Shown here: one piece after another, positions 14,971 to 28,900 of the stretch | How positions within the stretch are numbered: position 1 is the stretch's first letter | How the letters are laid out: every line of letters starts with the position of its first letter | DNA from: Paramecium tetraurelia | Taxonomy: Eukaryota | Reading direction: 5' to 3' | Length of the DNA: 64,000 bases | NCBI GenBank assembly: GCA_000165425.1 | Contig: CT868041.1 | Location: 434,001-498,000 of the forward strand | Translations under genes and position numbers: made by a program | Notes under the pieces: generated by a model | What the model was told of the DNA's origin: nothing | Databases searched by the model: none | Seen by the model: the letters and a program-made list of their open reading frames with translations, nothing else

Positions 14971-15591
14971 ATGTCTTTAGGAATTGATTTCGAGCGATAT
15001 TAATTTGATCGTCGATTGAAGGACTTATAAGACAAAATTTTGAGTTTAAACTATAGAGCACCTTAAGAATAAGTGACTTAAGAGACACCAGTAAGTGAAC
15101 CTTAATATTTAAACAATCAATATTATCCAAAACCAATATATTACTCTCCTTAACTCTAGTACTAGTATTCTTCAAATTAAAATGCTTACATGCCTTATTT
15201 TTAGTATTAAATTGATAATAAATCGTTAAAAAAAGAAAAGGAGGAGAAAAGGAGAGTGAAAGAACTTGAAAGAAAGTATGAGATGTAGAAAGTAGAAGAA
15301 AAGCTGGCAAAACAATAGGAATTGATGATGGCAAGCCTTAAGAAAGATATTTTAGATTATATTGATCCATATGTTTATGGCAATTACAGGAGTTATCAAA
15401 ATTATGTTCCATAATATTTACCACCAACACCTAAGGCTATAAATTAAATTCCCCTTTATTTATAGGCCCCGTGCCCATCCTAAGTGTTCCCAGATGATAA
15501 TTTAAGGAATTCTCAATCAAATAGAACAAGTTTTTAACAAGCTGGATAGAATTCATTGAACTAATTTGATTATCTGTCGGCAAGAATTTGA
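14971..15591 (+). CDS. Hypothetical protein (Y/P/Q-rich with short coiled coil)
   Basis: Open code-6 frame MSLGIDFERYQFDRRLKDLQDKI...KEKEEKRRVKELERKYE...YLPPTPK...TGA. Confidence 0.7.
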
Positions 15592-15830
15592 GATATTTAT
15601 TTTACTAAATATGAAGATTAAGTATAATCATTAAAAATTAAAGTACTAACTAATTCAATTTGGATAGTTTTTTATTATGATTTGCTTAAATTTTTCATTT
15701 GTAAATAGACTATCTCTTTTGAATCATTAAACTCTTTACTAACATTGCTAATTAAAATCTATCTGTCTGAAATTCTGTTATTTAAAAAAAATAATATTAA
15801 AATCAATTCAGGAACACTCAAGAATTAACT

Positions 15831-17536
15831 TCAAATAATATCTTCAGTTATTCGATCATTAGGAATTAGTCTTCTGAATTTAGTTTATTTTTTAATCTTA
15901 GTTGATTATGATGAGCTGTCAACATTTTGGATGTATTTTGGCAAAACTAAAATTGTATCAGAGTTCTTCTTTTTTTTAATTTGTTTAGTTAAATGTATCT
16001 TTTGAGTTTTACTATTTTTTGATGAAAATATCTCTTCAGTTTCTGAATAGACTTTTAAGTTATTTATAAAATCTAAAGGAATATTTTAAATTGACTTCCT
16101 TTTATTGCTAACTAATATCTCAAATAGAGATTAATCATATAGCAAATCCAAATCCCCATTAATTTCTAATAGATTTCTTTTCAATTTATAAATAACTTCA
16201 TTGCGTTAACATCTAATGCATTGACATAATCCCTAATTTAGAAAATTTTAATACCTTACACATTGGACAAATCCAATCAATTTCGGAAATATCATAATCA
16301 TCAAATTCATATTTTAAGCATTTATAACAAAAATACTTTTAGCATTATATTTAGTCATCTAGCATTCAATAAAATCAATACCTTCAATAATATAATTTGC
16401 AGAGTATAAGTCTTAATAAAATCTTTACATTTTCTAATTGGATATGCAATATCTTTATTAGGTCAGTAATTCATCATTGTATTGATGTAAGTTCATAGTA
16501 AGATGATTGTAAGTGCACTGTTTTTAATTACTTTTTTCTATTATTTGTCTACAATAATGACACATCTAAGGATCCTAATTTTAACAACTTAAATCATATT
16601 CATAATCCTATTCTGATATACTTATATGTATTTCTCTTAATCTTTAATAAGATTCAAATTCTTATAAAGTTAACTCTAGAGGATGGACACTCAGATACTT
16701 ATCCAAGATAACAGTAATCTTCTGTTCTATTCTTGATTTAATTATTAAATACCATTTTAATGTTTAATTGCTCTTACAATGCTTTCAGCAACTTAATAAT
16801 CCTCGTACATTTTGATTAAATCATAAAGATTGTCCAACTCTTTTTGATGATGCTACACATTGTTTCTGCAAACTTTGAGTTTAAATTCCCCTAATTACTG
16901 AATACTGTATTAAAACTTCAAAGTGTTGTTGATTTCCAAAACATGAGTTTACAGGCTGAAATCATAAAAAGATGAATACTTTTAAATACTTTATGTATTT
17001 TTTTATTGTATTGAGATTAAATCACTTTCAAGTTCCATAATTACTTAATTAATCTAATCAGGCCAATCTATCTAAGAATGGAGACTTTTAATTTATTATT
17101 CTTCTTCATAATAAATATCAATCTATTTGTCTTCAGACAGCAAATGAATATTCGTAATTAATGTTGAGCATTTTTCAAGTTCTGTAATAAGTTTATCTTC
17201 ACAAACGCAATCTACCATTTCTTCAATTAATTATTAGATTGGCTCGGATGATTTTTCTCTTTGCATTAAAATCAAATTTAACCGAAGCATTAGATTGGCG
17301 TCATTTAATTTTTATACCTTACTTTTGTTCTTCCTTTTCAATTTTAGCACTTATTGTATCAATTCATATGCTTGCTCATTGAAATTATTGCCATCTAAAA
17401 TTATTCTATAACTATTACTTATTTTGTGTTATTTTATCATATTATCTAATGTAATAGGGGTTTCTATCATAAAATATTCTTAATGGATCTATCTCCAAAA
17501 AGTAGAAGTGAATTACGAATCAACCTTTTTTTCCAT
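15831..17536 (-). CDS. zf-4CXXC_R1 (CDCA7/R1-type) zinc-finger protein
   Basis: CHYCRQ...C...(insert)...CQKYFCYKCLKYEF...WICPMCKGLCQCIRCQR at ~16200-16562; several tiny introns; 3' end approximate. Confidence 0.8.
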
Positions 17537-17605
17537 TTTTTATTTTAATTTTCGTATTAATAATCTCAACTGCATTAAATCTACATAATTATTTTTAATA
17601 ATAGA

Positions 17606-18552
17606 ATGGATGATAATTATATAAAGTAGGTGATTTCAAAAACTTTGGATAGTTAATTACTGAATTTTGAGAATTGTTAAAATGCTAGCTACTAAAACAA
17701 ATTGGTTGAAACTTTGAGGAATTCGAATTAAGTTGAAATAATGAACATCAAAACGAAGTACATTATTTAAGATAACCTATCTAGATATAAATAAATTTTC
17801 AATACTGTTGTTTAAACATTTATAAACTTGATCAAAAGTGAAACGGAACAATAGTAGTCAAAAATATTACTCAAAAACATGGAGCAGATATAATTAATTG
17901 AATCACAAAAGAAAAAGTTAAATGAATACTCAATCTTGGTATAACAAACAAATGATGAAAATATATAACTACGAACATAGTTATAGCTAATGAATTAGGA
18001 CTCAGTTAATTTAAATCTGATTCTTCATTACTAAAAAGTGTTGAGTGATTTATAATTAGAATTAGATTAATAGAATACCGAGCTACTTTAAAAGGATAAA
18101 TAGATATATCAGCAGGAATTGCTAATTTAATCCTTAAAACTTGAAATTTAGAAATTAAAATAATAGATTATTTAATTTAATACTAAATTTACTGAAAAAA
18201 ATATTGAAATCTAGAAAAAATAATAGAGCAAAATTCTAAAGGACCAATCAACTCAAATAGAAATGATGGAGGAAATAAATTTAAATCAATATGAAAAATT
18301 AGTTTCTATTTAAAAGAAATAAAACTAAAATACCTTCGTCAATCAATCTTAACGCCAACCTTAAAGTGTAAGTCTCCCAATTACAAGAATAAGGTAATCA
18401 AATATTTAAGATTGCGATATATAATCTACATAAATTATAGAGAATGATTTTAGAAAATGTTAGACATAAAATCAAATGAACAACTCTACTAATTAAAAAA
18501 ATTTAATACAACTTTCAAAAATTAAAATTAGAAAGTTAAAGAATCTGAATGA
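17606..18552 (+). CDS. Hypothetical coiled-coil protein
   Basis: ATG 17606, intron ~17757-17783, Q/K/E-rich heptads; 3' end uncertain (~18480-18660). Confidence 0.55.
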
Positions 18553-18878
18553 TTTATATTTGTACTCAAAATCTTAAAGAAACTCAAGAGTTGATGTTGA
18601 CTAATACTATGAACCTTCTTTGCTTTATCGGTACAATGTTTTAGAAGGTATAAAAAAATGATAGGCAAAATACTAAATGATCCTATTTATTTATTTGTAT
18701 AATAGTTTCTATTTGATTTAAATTGCATTTTATGTTGTGATATTGTTTCATATTATAATGCCACTATAAGGATTTATTTCTACTAAGAAGATTTAGCTTC
18801 TTTATAAATGCAAATCTTATGGTTTTATTCTTAATTATTGTAAAGATTTACTAATAATACTTTTTAATATTTTAATCA

Positions 18879-20177
18879 TCAATTTCCAAAGAACTATGCC
18901 ATTATACTCTCAACATTTTAGGGTATGATAAAGCTAGGATCCAAAATATCATTGAAACTTTTCTTAGAGATCTCTTTCGGTAACTATTTAAATATATAGT
19001 TCATTTTGTCCTCTGTTGAACCTTTTTATTATTAGAAAAACTCAGTTTCAATGTAGTCCACATACTCTTCCAAAAAGCATTTTCCTTAACTAAATAATAG
19101 AATTATGATTACTTTTTAAGATTAACAAATTGAATATCATTAAAAGTAAGCTCAAAATTGTGGATATTAGCAAAATCTTAAACTCCATTCACTAACCTCT
19201 ATTGATTATAATAAGTAGTATCAAAATCTACAAATATATAGCATTAATATTTTTTTTCTTTGTCAATGTTTTCTGATTAAACAACTCTTTCTCCTCTAAA
19301 TTTATAACCACTTTTGTTGAAATGGACAAAAAATAATTAAATTTACTGACTATCATCAGGAGGATTTTGAAAAAAAGGGACAATAATGTTCTCAAATTAA
19401 AAATTATCATATTAATTTTCAAAAAATTTATATTTCAGCAAAGGTAGAAATATATTCTAAGCTTTAATTTAACCAGATTAAGATTCTTAAAAGGATTATA
19501 CATTAAATTCTACACAATCTTCAAAATCGTAAATATACAGATATGTGTAAGGGAATTATTTCCTTTTTTTATCATCCTTATAGTATCGCAAGATTCTCAA
19601 AGTGAATAATCTTTCTCTCACGAGTAAATTATAAAATCTAATTTTTTTCTAAACACATACTGTAAAGCTATAATTTGATCTTAAATTGATTAGGTTTCTA
19701 TGAATTTTGAAAGTTGGGCGATTGAAAATATTATTCCCCATCTTATAAATTGCTTTTCTCTATCATATTGTTATAATTCTTTTATATTATACTAATTTTA
19801 TCCCTATTATTGTATTAAATAACGATTACTTTCACATTAAATAATTCTATATTTCCAAAATCGATTTCTATTAGTTTGGGACCATATATTTTGTAAAATT
19901 CTTAAAATTCTTTTGTATTAAATGATCTTTTTAAAAGCCTTTTCAGACTAGCGATTTCTGTTTTGGAGCATCTATATTTCACTTTTATGAGAGTGTCTTT
20001 CTATTTTAATAACGATTAATCTTGGTGTGAAAAGATTGGATCTGTTGCTTTAGAGGGCCTCTAAAACTCAGTAGCAATGTATTTTTTCTCTTAACTTTAT
20101 ACTCTAGGTCTAACCCTTACTGTGACTAATCCATCATTTCCTGTAAAATCAAAGTTAACAATGGTGTAGGATTTCAT
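18879..20177 (-). CDS. Hypothetical protein
   Basis: Code-6 frame MKSYTIVNFDFTGNDGLVTVRVRP... stays open to TGA ~18879 after removing three tiny introns; no confident family. Confidence 0.65.
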
Positions 20178-20551
20178 ATTTAATTAAATACTATTATTAT
20201 AATTATCGTAAAAGAAAAAGTATTAATAGCAATAACTTAGAAGTCTTTTTATAACCATCCAATATCCTATAAAGATAAATATAAATGTGAAGCATTTTTC
20301 CATACGTTTAAATTAAAAGTACTGCTCAATTTAAATACTATTGTAATTCTATAACAATGAATATTTAAATTTATTGAATTATGTAAGATTAATAATTTTA
20401 ATGATTGTTTGGAATGATAAAGATGATCGAATTGAAATACAATTTAATCTTAGTTTTAATATGCATATGTAACAAAAAAATAATTATAATTCTCAATAAT
20501 TATTAAAAAAAGACAAACTCATTTATTATAATTTTAATACATTTATTAATT

Positions 20552-21500
20552 ATGGGAGATATTGACATCAAAGATGATGACAAGGCATTGTCATTATAAA
20601 ATTAGAATTTAACTTAGATTAGTGTTAATAAACAATCATGCAGTCGATCATTATAAGTTACTAACTTTAATGCATCAAAAAATTCAATTAAATAAATGAT
20701 CGGAATTTCTATTTTTCAAAATTTGAGAGTATTAAATTTATCTCACAATCAAATTCAAAAGATCGAAGGTTTAATTATTTTAAAATAACTTTGCGCTTTG
20801 ATTTTAAACAACAACCAAATTAAATTAATCTCAGGATTGGAAAAATGCTTAGAGTTGAATACTTTAGTGTTATCCAATAATCAATTAATTAATGTATAGG
20901 GAATCACACACTTAACTAAATTAGAGAAATTATAGCTGTCCCATAATTAAATAGAAGTAATCATAGATTTATATATTAAAGGATTTAGAAAATTGCAAGT
21001 GTATGAACATAGAACAATTAAGTGTTAATAACAATAAAATTCAAGAAATTCCAAAGTTTTTTTCACAAATGACAAAACTAAAGAGACTTGATATTGGGAA
21101 GAACGATATCAAAGATCCTTAATAAATGATTGTTCTGAGAGATTTAAAATTAATTCATTTAAATGTAGCAGGTAATCCTTGTTCAGATAAGGCTATTTAA
21201 ATTGCAATCAAATTTCCTAGAATTAGATTTATTAATAACTTAGCTGCTGAGAAAGTCTTAGAGTAACATCAATCTAAAGTTCCTTAGAAAATAAAGGAGA
21301 AAACAGAAAAGGTACAAAAAAAGATTACTTAACCTGTTGTTCCATATGATTTAGAACAGGAATAGGAAGCTGTAATAATAAAGAAACCAAAAAGAAGTGC
21401 AATTGTTAAAGTAGAAAAGAACAAGTAGTTTGATAAGAAATAAAAACAGAGAGTAAAGAATATTAATTTAGATGCGGAACCAAAAATAGAGAAGTGGTGA
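20552..21500 (+). CDS. Leucine-rich repeat protein (SDS22-like repeats)
   Basis: LRVLNLSHNQIQKIEGL, LCALILNNNQIKLISGL, LNTLVLSNNQL, LEKLQLSHNQI, LKRLDIGKNDI, LNVAGNP; TGA at 21498-21500. Confidence 0.9.
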
Positions 21501-21540
21501 TTTAATATTTGTCTGTAAATATTTAATAAACATCTATTTA

Positions 21541-22511
21541 TCATCCATTAGATGGCAATGATTTAAAGTGCAAAAATCTACTATAATTAGTTAATTTTTT
21601 CGACTTTGATTTATAACCTAATACATTCATGATTTTCATCTTGGATCTATAATCATCATTCTTAATAAATTAGAGTCTTTCTTCTGCTGTACTTACTGCA
21701 TTGATACTTTTACTAATATTTTTGTTTGATTCCTAAAGGTTAGATTTCATTGCTCGTATATTCTACATTATTGATTCATGCATGTACTTATCCTCATCTA
21801 TAGTTTGGTTAATAATGAATTTATTATTTAAATAGGAGTTTTGCCCTTGGATGATGAAACCAACTTTATCGGCATACGTAAGTTACGAACTAATGGATCT
21901 GAGTCTAGTTGAGTTTTTTCTTGGTAGAATTTAAGACTCATCTCTTATAGTTTCTTTTTTTTCTTATTACAAGGTTTGCTGTTCTCTTAAAAGATATATT
22001 TAGTTTTTCATAATTTGGATTGGATACTTGAATAGTTGACTTAGAGAACAAAAATAATTATGATGAAAGAGAATGAATCTCAACTAAGATAGATCTAAAG
22101 CAAACAAGGAACCTTGAATAGAGCAACATGAAACCTCTTCATAAATAAATTATATGTACTGTATAGCTGTAATGCGATTGAACATCATCCTTAAAATGTT
22201 CAATTCCAAATGAATCTCCCTTGATGAGTATGCAGATTTCAATATTTAGTTTTCTTATTTATTTTTATTCGTATTACTTCTTTTTTGTCATCTTATGTTA
22301 AATATTAACTTACTTTGAATTCTCCACTTCTAACTAGGTACATGAATGATTATTTATCCATATTTTCTCGTAAGACAATTCCATACTTTCTGTAATCTAT
22401 AACAAAGAGTGATTCAGATATGCTTTTAACTATTTCGTAATTTAATTTTTCAAATGCAGGATGATTTTTTATTGTTTAATATTTTTCTATATTCTCTTTA
22501 TTTAAACTCAT
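21541..22511 (-). CDS. Cyclic-nucleotide-binding-like (cNMP) domain protein
   Basis: HPAFEKL...IVLREN...FMYLVRSGEFK...ICILIKGDSFGIE matches the cNMP beta-roll; low-complexity tail. Confidence 0.7.
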
Positions 22512-22637
22512 TACTATAAATAATAAGTTTCCCTAATCTATTAATAAATTCAAAATACTGAAATCAAATAAGATTACTGCCAAGAAAGAATATGAAAATT
22601 TCATTATAATAATATACTTCAAATTAAATTTCTTTCT

Positions 22638-23514
22638 TCATTTTAAATATTGATGATGACTACTCATACTGGAGTTTAATTTCTTTTTGGCTAAATCATT
22701 TTGAATGTCCTTAAATTTTTTAAGCAGTATCAAAAAATCGTTATCTATAGACTCAAGAATTGTTTTAAATACAATCAACTCATTTTAATGCAGGCCTACT
22801 TGTTTTTACAATTCCTAAACACTTTCTTGTAGTTATAACAAGGGAAGCTTGTTATCCTCCTAGATTTTAGTTAGTTCTTGTGATAAATAACTAATGTTTG
22901 AATGAAATAAACATACTCCATTTCTTATCTTAATTATGCAGATCGACTTAGAAATCCTCTTTAATTTTCTGTGATTTCTTAATTAGTCTACTAAACTTAT
23001 TTGAAAAATTTATCGTTTTGTATCAATCTATCTTGACTATCCTTCAATTACGATTAAACTTGCTACTCTATTCTTCTCTAAAATTAATCATCTTTTTGTG
23101 AAAGTTTATTCACTTATTCTACAACCTATTTGAGTTTTTTATCAAATAATTCTATTTTGGAAATAAGTCCTTCCTCATTTGATTTTAGTTTTGGATCTAT
23201 TTATGTAATTTCAGTATGAGCTCTTCCCAATTAGGAGCGAGATCTCTATGATTTTTGTGATTTAATAGACTTTTGATCTTAGTGTTAATTTGCTTGGGGA
23301 GATGTTATTTCCATGTCAGATTATTAACTGTATTTTCCTTTGAAAATAAATTTTATTTACTTTATTTGACATATTCGGATTATGTATCGTCGATGGGTTT
23401 AGACTTAAAATAAGGGTCAGGAGGTTTGAGGAAATTTAATTGTTGATTGATATTTTTGATTTGATCCCGATTGTCCAAGCGTTCCTCGAGTTCTAACAAT
23501 TTGTCCTCGATCAT
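22638..23514 (-). CDS. Hypothetical coiled-coil protein
   Basis: MIEDKLLELEERLDNRDQIKNINQQLNFLKPPDPYFK...; the start may lie further upstream (to ~23709). Confidence 0.6.
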
Positions 23515-23719
23515 TTTCAAGATTTGACTGAATATCGATTTGCTAATGGTTTCTGTATTGCAATTGGCTTCGAGATAAAGACTGAGACCGAGGGGATTGT
23601 AGGGGATAAATTTGGCTGTTTCTTTGATGCTGCACTTATTGGAAACCTAATTCTGGATTTGCTGTTCTTGGAATACTAAATCAAGTAATGTAAAATTTTG
23701 TTATTGCATAAAAATTAAT

Positions 23720-25922
23720 ATGGGAAATATTCTAAAAAATTAAAAAGAAATATCAAGAAATTTGGATTAAAGTAATTCTCTTATTATTATGAATTTAAGT
23801 CATGCAAAGTTAAGTGATGGACACTCCCAATATTTTGATTAAGCAATCCAAATCAGGGAATGTTGATATCATTAAGCTCAATTTGCAAATAATCAATGCA
23901 GAAATAGTGTATGACTCCGTTGACAAAATACAGCTAGACTTGACTTTCAGTAGCCACGTGAATTTCCAAATCATAGTTTACACATTCGTAACTGAAACCA
24001 AAGGAGCCAAACAGCAGAGGTTGAACATTTAAATTATGAGTTTTTAGATATGAAAAAAGCATGCCAGAGAGTACAACCCAATCTTTTAAATGTCCATCGG
24101 GATTGAACTACTAGTTCCCCTCGAAATACATAGAGTTCATGATCATTGACCTTCTAAGATTTAAAAAGATGAGAGTCAACCCAGATGCATAGTATCACAC
24201 TCTGATTATAGAAATGGTAAGTTTATATTTATGAATATACAGAAAGGCCTCAATTCAAAAGGTTTCCAGATAATATACTTTTATAGAATTGATTGTAACG
24301 AATAATCATATCAATGCGAATTGATTAATACCAAATAAATTGTCATACACAAAAGTAGGTTTTTTGAAATACACGAACTCTATGGTGTTCAAAACACTCC
24401 ATTCAACCCTGAATGGAATCCAAATACCATAGAGGACAAAGAATGCGTAATTTGTTTTTGTAATATGATTAATACTGTACTCCTGCCTTGCAAACACATG
24501 TGCACATGCTCCACTTGTGCTGATCACATTTTGATGAGTTAAAAGGTTAAACAATGTCCTCTCTGCAGAATTGACATCGACAATTACTTAACTCTAGAAA
24601 TCAAGGATAAATAGAAATAGGACATGTAATTGCGCAAATTTCAAGAAGAATAGTAAAAATACCTAGATTCTATTAAAGAAAAGAAAGAATAATAAGCAAT
24701 TAAACATAGCTCAATTATGGAATAAATAAAGTCTAAAGTTCAAGAAGAATAGCTGAAATAACAGCAATAAAAAATTAAGAACATGAAATATTTCGATGAT
24801 CTCGATGAATTTAATAAAGATAATCAATAAAATGAAGACATCTATGGTAATCAAAGTTTTTGTTCCTATGATGAGAATCATAGCGATCCTGATGGCAATT
24901 AATTCAATAATTCAGTTAAAAATAAAGTATAGCACTAATTAGAGGATGAAAACGTTTTTAAATCTTCTCATAATTATGATGAGGACAAACAAAAGAGTAC
25001 TTCTCATCAAAGAAGTCCTTATGATAGAGGATTCTTAAGTAGCTTTAAATAATAATAGGAAATAAAAGAATCCAATCACAATCCTAAGTAGGAAAGCATT
25101 TCAGTAGAAGATGAAATGTCCTAAGATTAAATACATCATAAACAATAATAATAGGTTTCGTCATAATTTTTAAGTAAGGATGATTAATCTAATTTGAATT
25201 CTCAGTAAAATTCAGAAAATTAGAATTCATCTTCCAAACAAATGCTCGTTTAAGATTTGATAAAAGATGATATTTAAATAGATATAATTCAAGATTAAAG
25301 AAAAGAGAGTGAAGAGTTGATAATTGAATTTAAATAGAATGAAATTTAACCAGATCAAAAGTAATAGAATTCGAATGCTTAATTGATTTGTTTTTAAGAT
25401 GAAAGTTAGGAAATGAATTAAGAAGAACAAGAAAGTAATATCCAATTCCATCCTTAATAAATATTGTAATAATAACCTCAATAATTTCAACCATATAAAT
25501 AGTAATAATAATAATAATAATAATAAAAGAACTCTAAATAATCTTATTAATATAATTATGAGTTCGTAGAACAAGAGTTTTAAGATGACTTTAATTAATT
25601 TCAATAAGAACCTCGAAACTTTCCTTAATAGAATGATTTATTTAAAACAAACTAATCTCCAATATCTAATCAATCTCAATATAAATAAGATATATTTTAT
25701 TACAAATCAGCCAGATAAACGAATGATTTGCATAATGATGATTAAATATTTGGACTTTAAGATGTATAATCTATTACTCAGAGACCTGATCATGGGAATA
25801 ATGATATTAAATAGTCAGAATCATTGATCGATCTATAAGACCACGAAGAAGAAGAAAAGAAAGATCCATCTCATTCAAAGGAGTTAAAGAGTGATTAAAT
25901 TTCATTGATAGCTTTTGATTGA
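23720..25922 (+). CDS. MGRN1/LOG2-like RING (C3HC5) E3 ligase with long Q/N/E-rich tail
   Basis: MGN- start, FEIHELYG, then ECVICFCNMINTVLLPCKHMCTCSTCADHILMSQKVKQCPLCRIDI (~24440-24580); low-complexity tail to TGA 25920-25922. Confidence 0.88.
25503..25526 (+). repeat. (TAA)n microsatellite encoding poly-Gln inside the RING gene
   Basis: About 8 tandem TAA triplets in the reading frame of the RING gene tail. Confidence 0.8.
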
Positions 25923-25953
25923 TAATGATAATTTTATGATTTTAATGAAAAAC

Positions 25954-28900
25954 TCATATTTCAACAGGGTCTTATTGTTATGGTTCTTCGTCATCATCAT
26001 AAATTTCAAGGAAACCTTCTTATCTCTAAGGAATAACTTTCTTTCCTTATTATGGGAAACAGAAGCATTAGGTTGTTGGTAAAACAAATTATTTGTCTTA
26101 CATTAATTACTTTCTTTTCTCTAATTCTTCAACAACGTTGTCAATATTGGTCAATGAAACATTTTCATATTAATCTCCAGCTAAACAGATTGGACTATTA
26201 AAATAAAAGAATCAATTACTCTTTCATTGGTGTGCAATCTTCAACTGGTTTAGGTGTTGGTTAATAAGTAATGTCACATGCGAAAAGATTCAATCCTTGA
26301 ATGAATCCTTAGAAAGCATCTGTCAATTGATCTTTTCCATAGTAAAGAATAAGTGATGGCGCAACATAATGGTTGACATTCTTGAATGACAAAGCTCCCT
26401 TTCCTTATGAGTGTTCAACAATGACATCAGCTTATCTGCTCTTTCTTGAATAAGCAAAGTAAATATGGAACCAATCTTTGACAAAGGTCTTTCCTTCAAC
26501 AATTTATCTAACTTCTGGGTTTCCAGATCTAATATTTCATATATATATATTAATTACCCTAATTAATCAGTATAGGTATATGTGTAGAAGTTAAGAGTTT
26601 AATCTCTGGTATCGAAGTAACAACTGAGGGTATCAAAGTTAAGTGCATCTTCACCAGCTAGAGTTGATGTCAATCTGAATAACAATTAATCTTTTCCAGA
26701 TGTCTTACCATTCCATTTGAACCATCCTTGAACAGAGTATTATTCAGTTGTTCCGAATCTGTCACCAGAGTTAACTGGATTGCCATTGAATTATGAAGCC
26801 TTAGCTGAAACTGCTCTGATCAAACCCTTGCTTGAACAATCCTTTTAAGGTTATGGATTGCAACTTAAACAGAATGGATTGTATTCTTCTAATGTATCAA
26901 AGAATGATCCTGATCCTAATCTTAAGACTGGTCTATGGAATTAACCATTGAATGAATAGTATCTATTTTATGGATCCTTTCCACCAACTTAGAATAACAA
27001 TTATTCCATTCTTGGATGTGTAACTTTGGCTTCTAAGGTGATTGGTGCTTAATTTTCAATTTAATAGAATGCAATAGCCTTATATCTAGTGTAACTGAAA
27101 TAGGTGTAAATCCAAACTCCTTCGATATCTCCAAATGGTTAAGCTAATTCAACTAATTTCTTAGCCTTATTATTAGCTGTGATGTAGAAGAAACCAACTT
27201 TTTCTTAGAAAATAGTTAATAAACCATCTCTAATATCTTTTGGTGTTTCCTTCTTGTTTGTAAGTCTAGCAATCAATGACCAATCTGGTCTTCCGCCTTC
27301 ATATTATCCACCAGCCAAACCAGTGTATCTGAACCAGAATCCATAACCATATTAAGTAGTGTCTTTCAAATCATCTTTGTGCAATTCGACATGAACAACT
27401 GGACCTTTGTCATATTTAGCATTGATGATTCTGTTTGGTCCTTCAACACATCTCTTTTTGGGGGGAGGTGGTGTTGGTACTGGTCTCAAAGCTGGCTTAA
27501 CATTTGTTAAGTAAGATCCTTTACAGAAGAATACTTCAAGGTAAGCCATGAATCCACTGTAGACTGGGAATTGTCTTTCTCTTCCAAAGTAGAAATAATG
27601 CTTTGGTGACACAAAGTGATTGACATTGACGAAACTCAAAGATTTGGCATGAACATGTTTGAATAAGACTTAAGCATATGCCTTTCTTTAATCTCTGCTG
27701 TATCCAAAGTAAACAAAATGCCAGTGTAAATGTTGATCTTAATGTTGGACATATTGATGAGCATTGGGATTACCAGATCCTTTCATGTTAGCATATGAAT
27801 ATGTTGAGAAATGGATTTATCCTCCCTTTGGTTTACCTAACCAAGCAGACAAGACTCTTTCACCTAATAGGATTTATTGTTTTCTTATGGGTGTATTTGA
27901 TAATCTGAACATGGTGTGCCAGTTCTCTTACAAATCTGTTTCTTCCCATTTGAACCAACCTTAAACTGCATATTCATCTGGTAACAATAAGTCAATAAAT
28001 TCTTAGGTAGGTGGTGCATTGTTATCTTCAATATCAACATATTTGGAATCTCTTACGAATTGATATGGAATCAACTTTTATGGTGCAACATATGGTTGAG
28101 GATTGCATGAAATAGCATATTACAAGAATTCTTGTTCATTAATTAAATATGTTCCCAAACCAATTGCCAAGACTGGTCTGCTGACTTAACCGTTGAATCC
28201 TGGGAAATCGAAATATTGACCTCCCAAAACAAATCTCAAATATTAGGGTGTTCCTTAAGCAGCTGGTAATGTGACTTATTTAACTAATTGACTGTTAGAT
28301 TGCTTATAGAAACCAATGGCTTATTATGAGAAGGCTGAGTAACTGTAATATACGTATGTCCAAACAGCTTCAATATCTCCAAACACAATAGCAGCTGTGG
28401 CTTCTTTTCTTTCAGGTTTATCGTGTTAAGCACTGAAAATATATTATTCTTAAGTTTAGAATATGGTCAACAATCTATCACCAATCTTGTCATCTCCATG
28501 TTATTAATTCTTGGTTAATTTAGCAACAAAGTAAGATTAATCAGTCAAGCCAGTTTACAATTATTCTGGATACAATGTTAAGAATCTCATCCAAAAACCG
28601 AAACCATATTCATTGACATCCTTCAATTTCTTGACTTCAGTTTCAACAGTAGGTTAATCAGCAGAGATTGAGCTTGTCAATATGATGTCTGATCCAACAA
28701 CACATTTTGGTTATCTTTATTGTGGGTAAGGAATGTCACAGCCGACCTCTTCAGGGACTGGATGATCGTTTTATCTGTAGTTTCCAGGGACGACTCTTTA
28801 CTTTGACACCTTTCTCTATTAGTATCTGTCTCCACATTTATCCTTTATAACAATAACTCTCTCCTTCTATTCCTTGATTCTCTATTGGGGTTGTGGTTAA

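Noticed and set aside
18930..19030. GSTEDKMNYIF resembles the NCS/calcineurin-B EF-hand linker
   Set aside because: No acidic EF-hand loop follows.
19850..19930. FQEFYKIYGPKLIEIDFG resembles the MACPF signature
   Set aside because: It lacks the T/S-H and GG residues, and there is no signal peptide; too weak to call without a profile search.
25227..25604. ORF-track Leu-rich 'membrane protein' on minus strand
   Set aside because: It is the antisense shadow of the TAA-rich (Gln) tail of the RING gene; 12549-12800, 14939-15334 and 21329-21544 are similar shadows.
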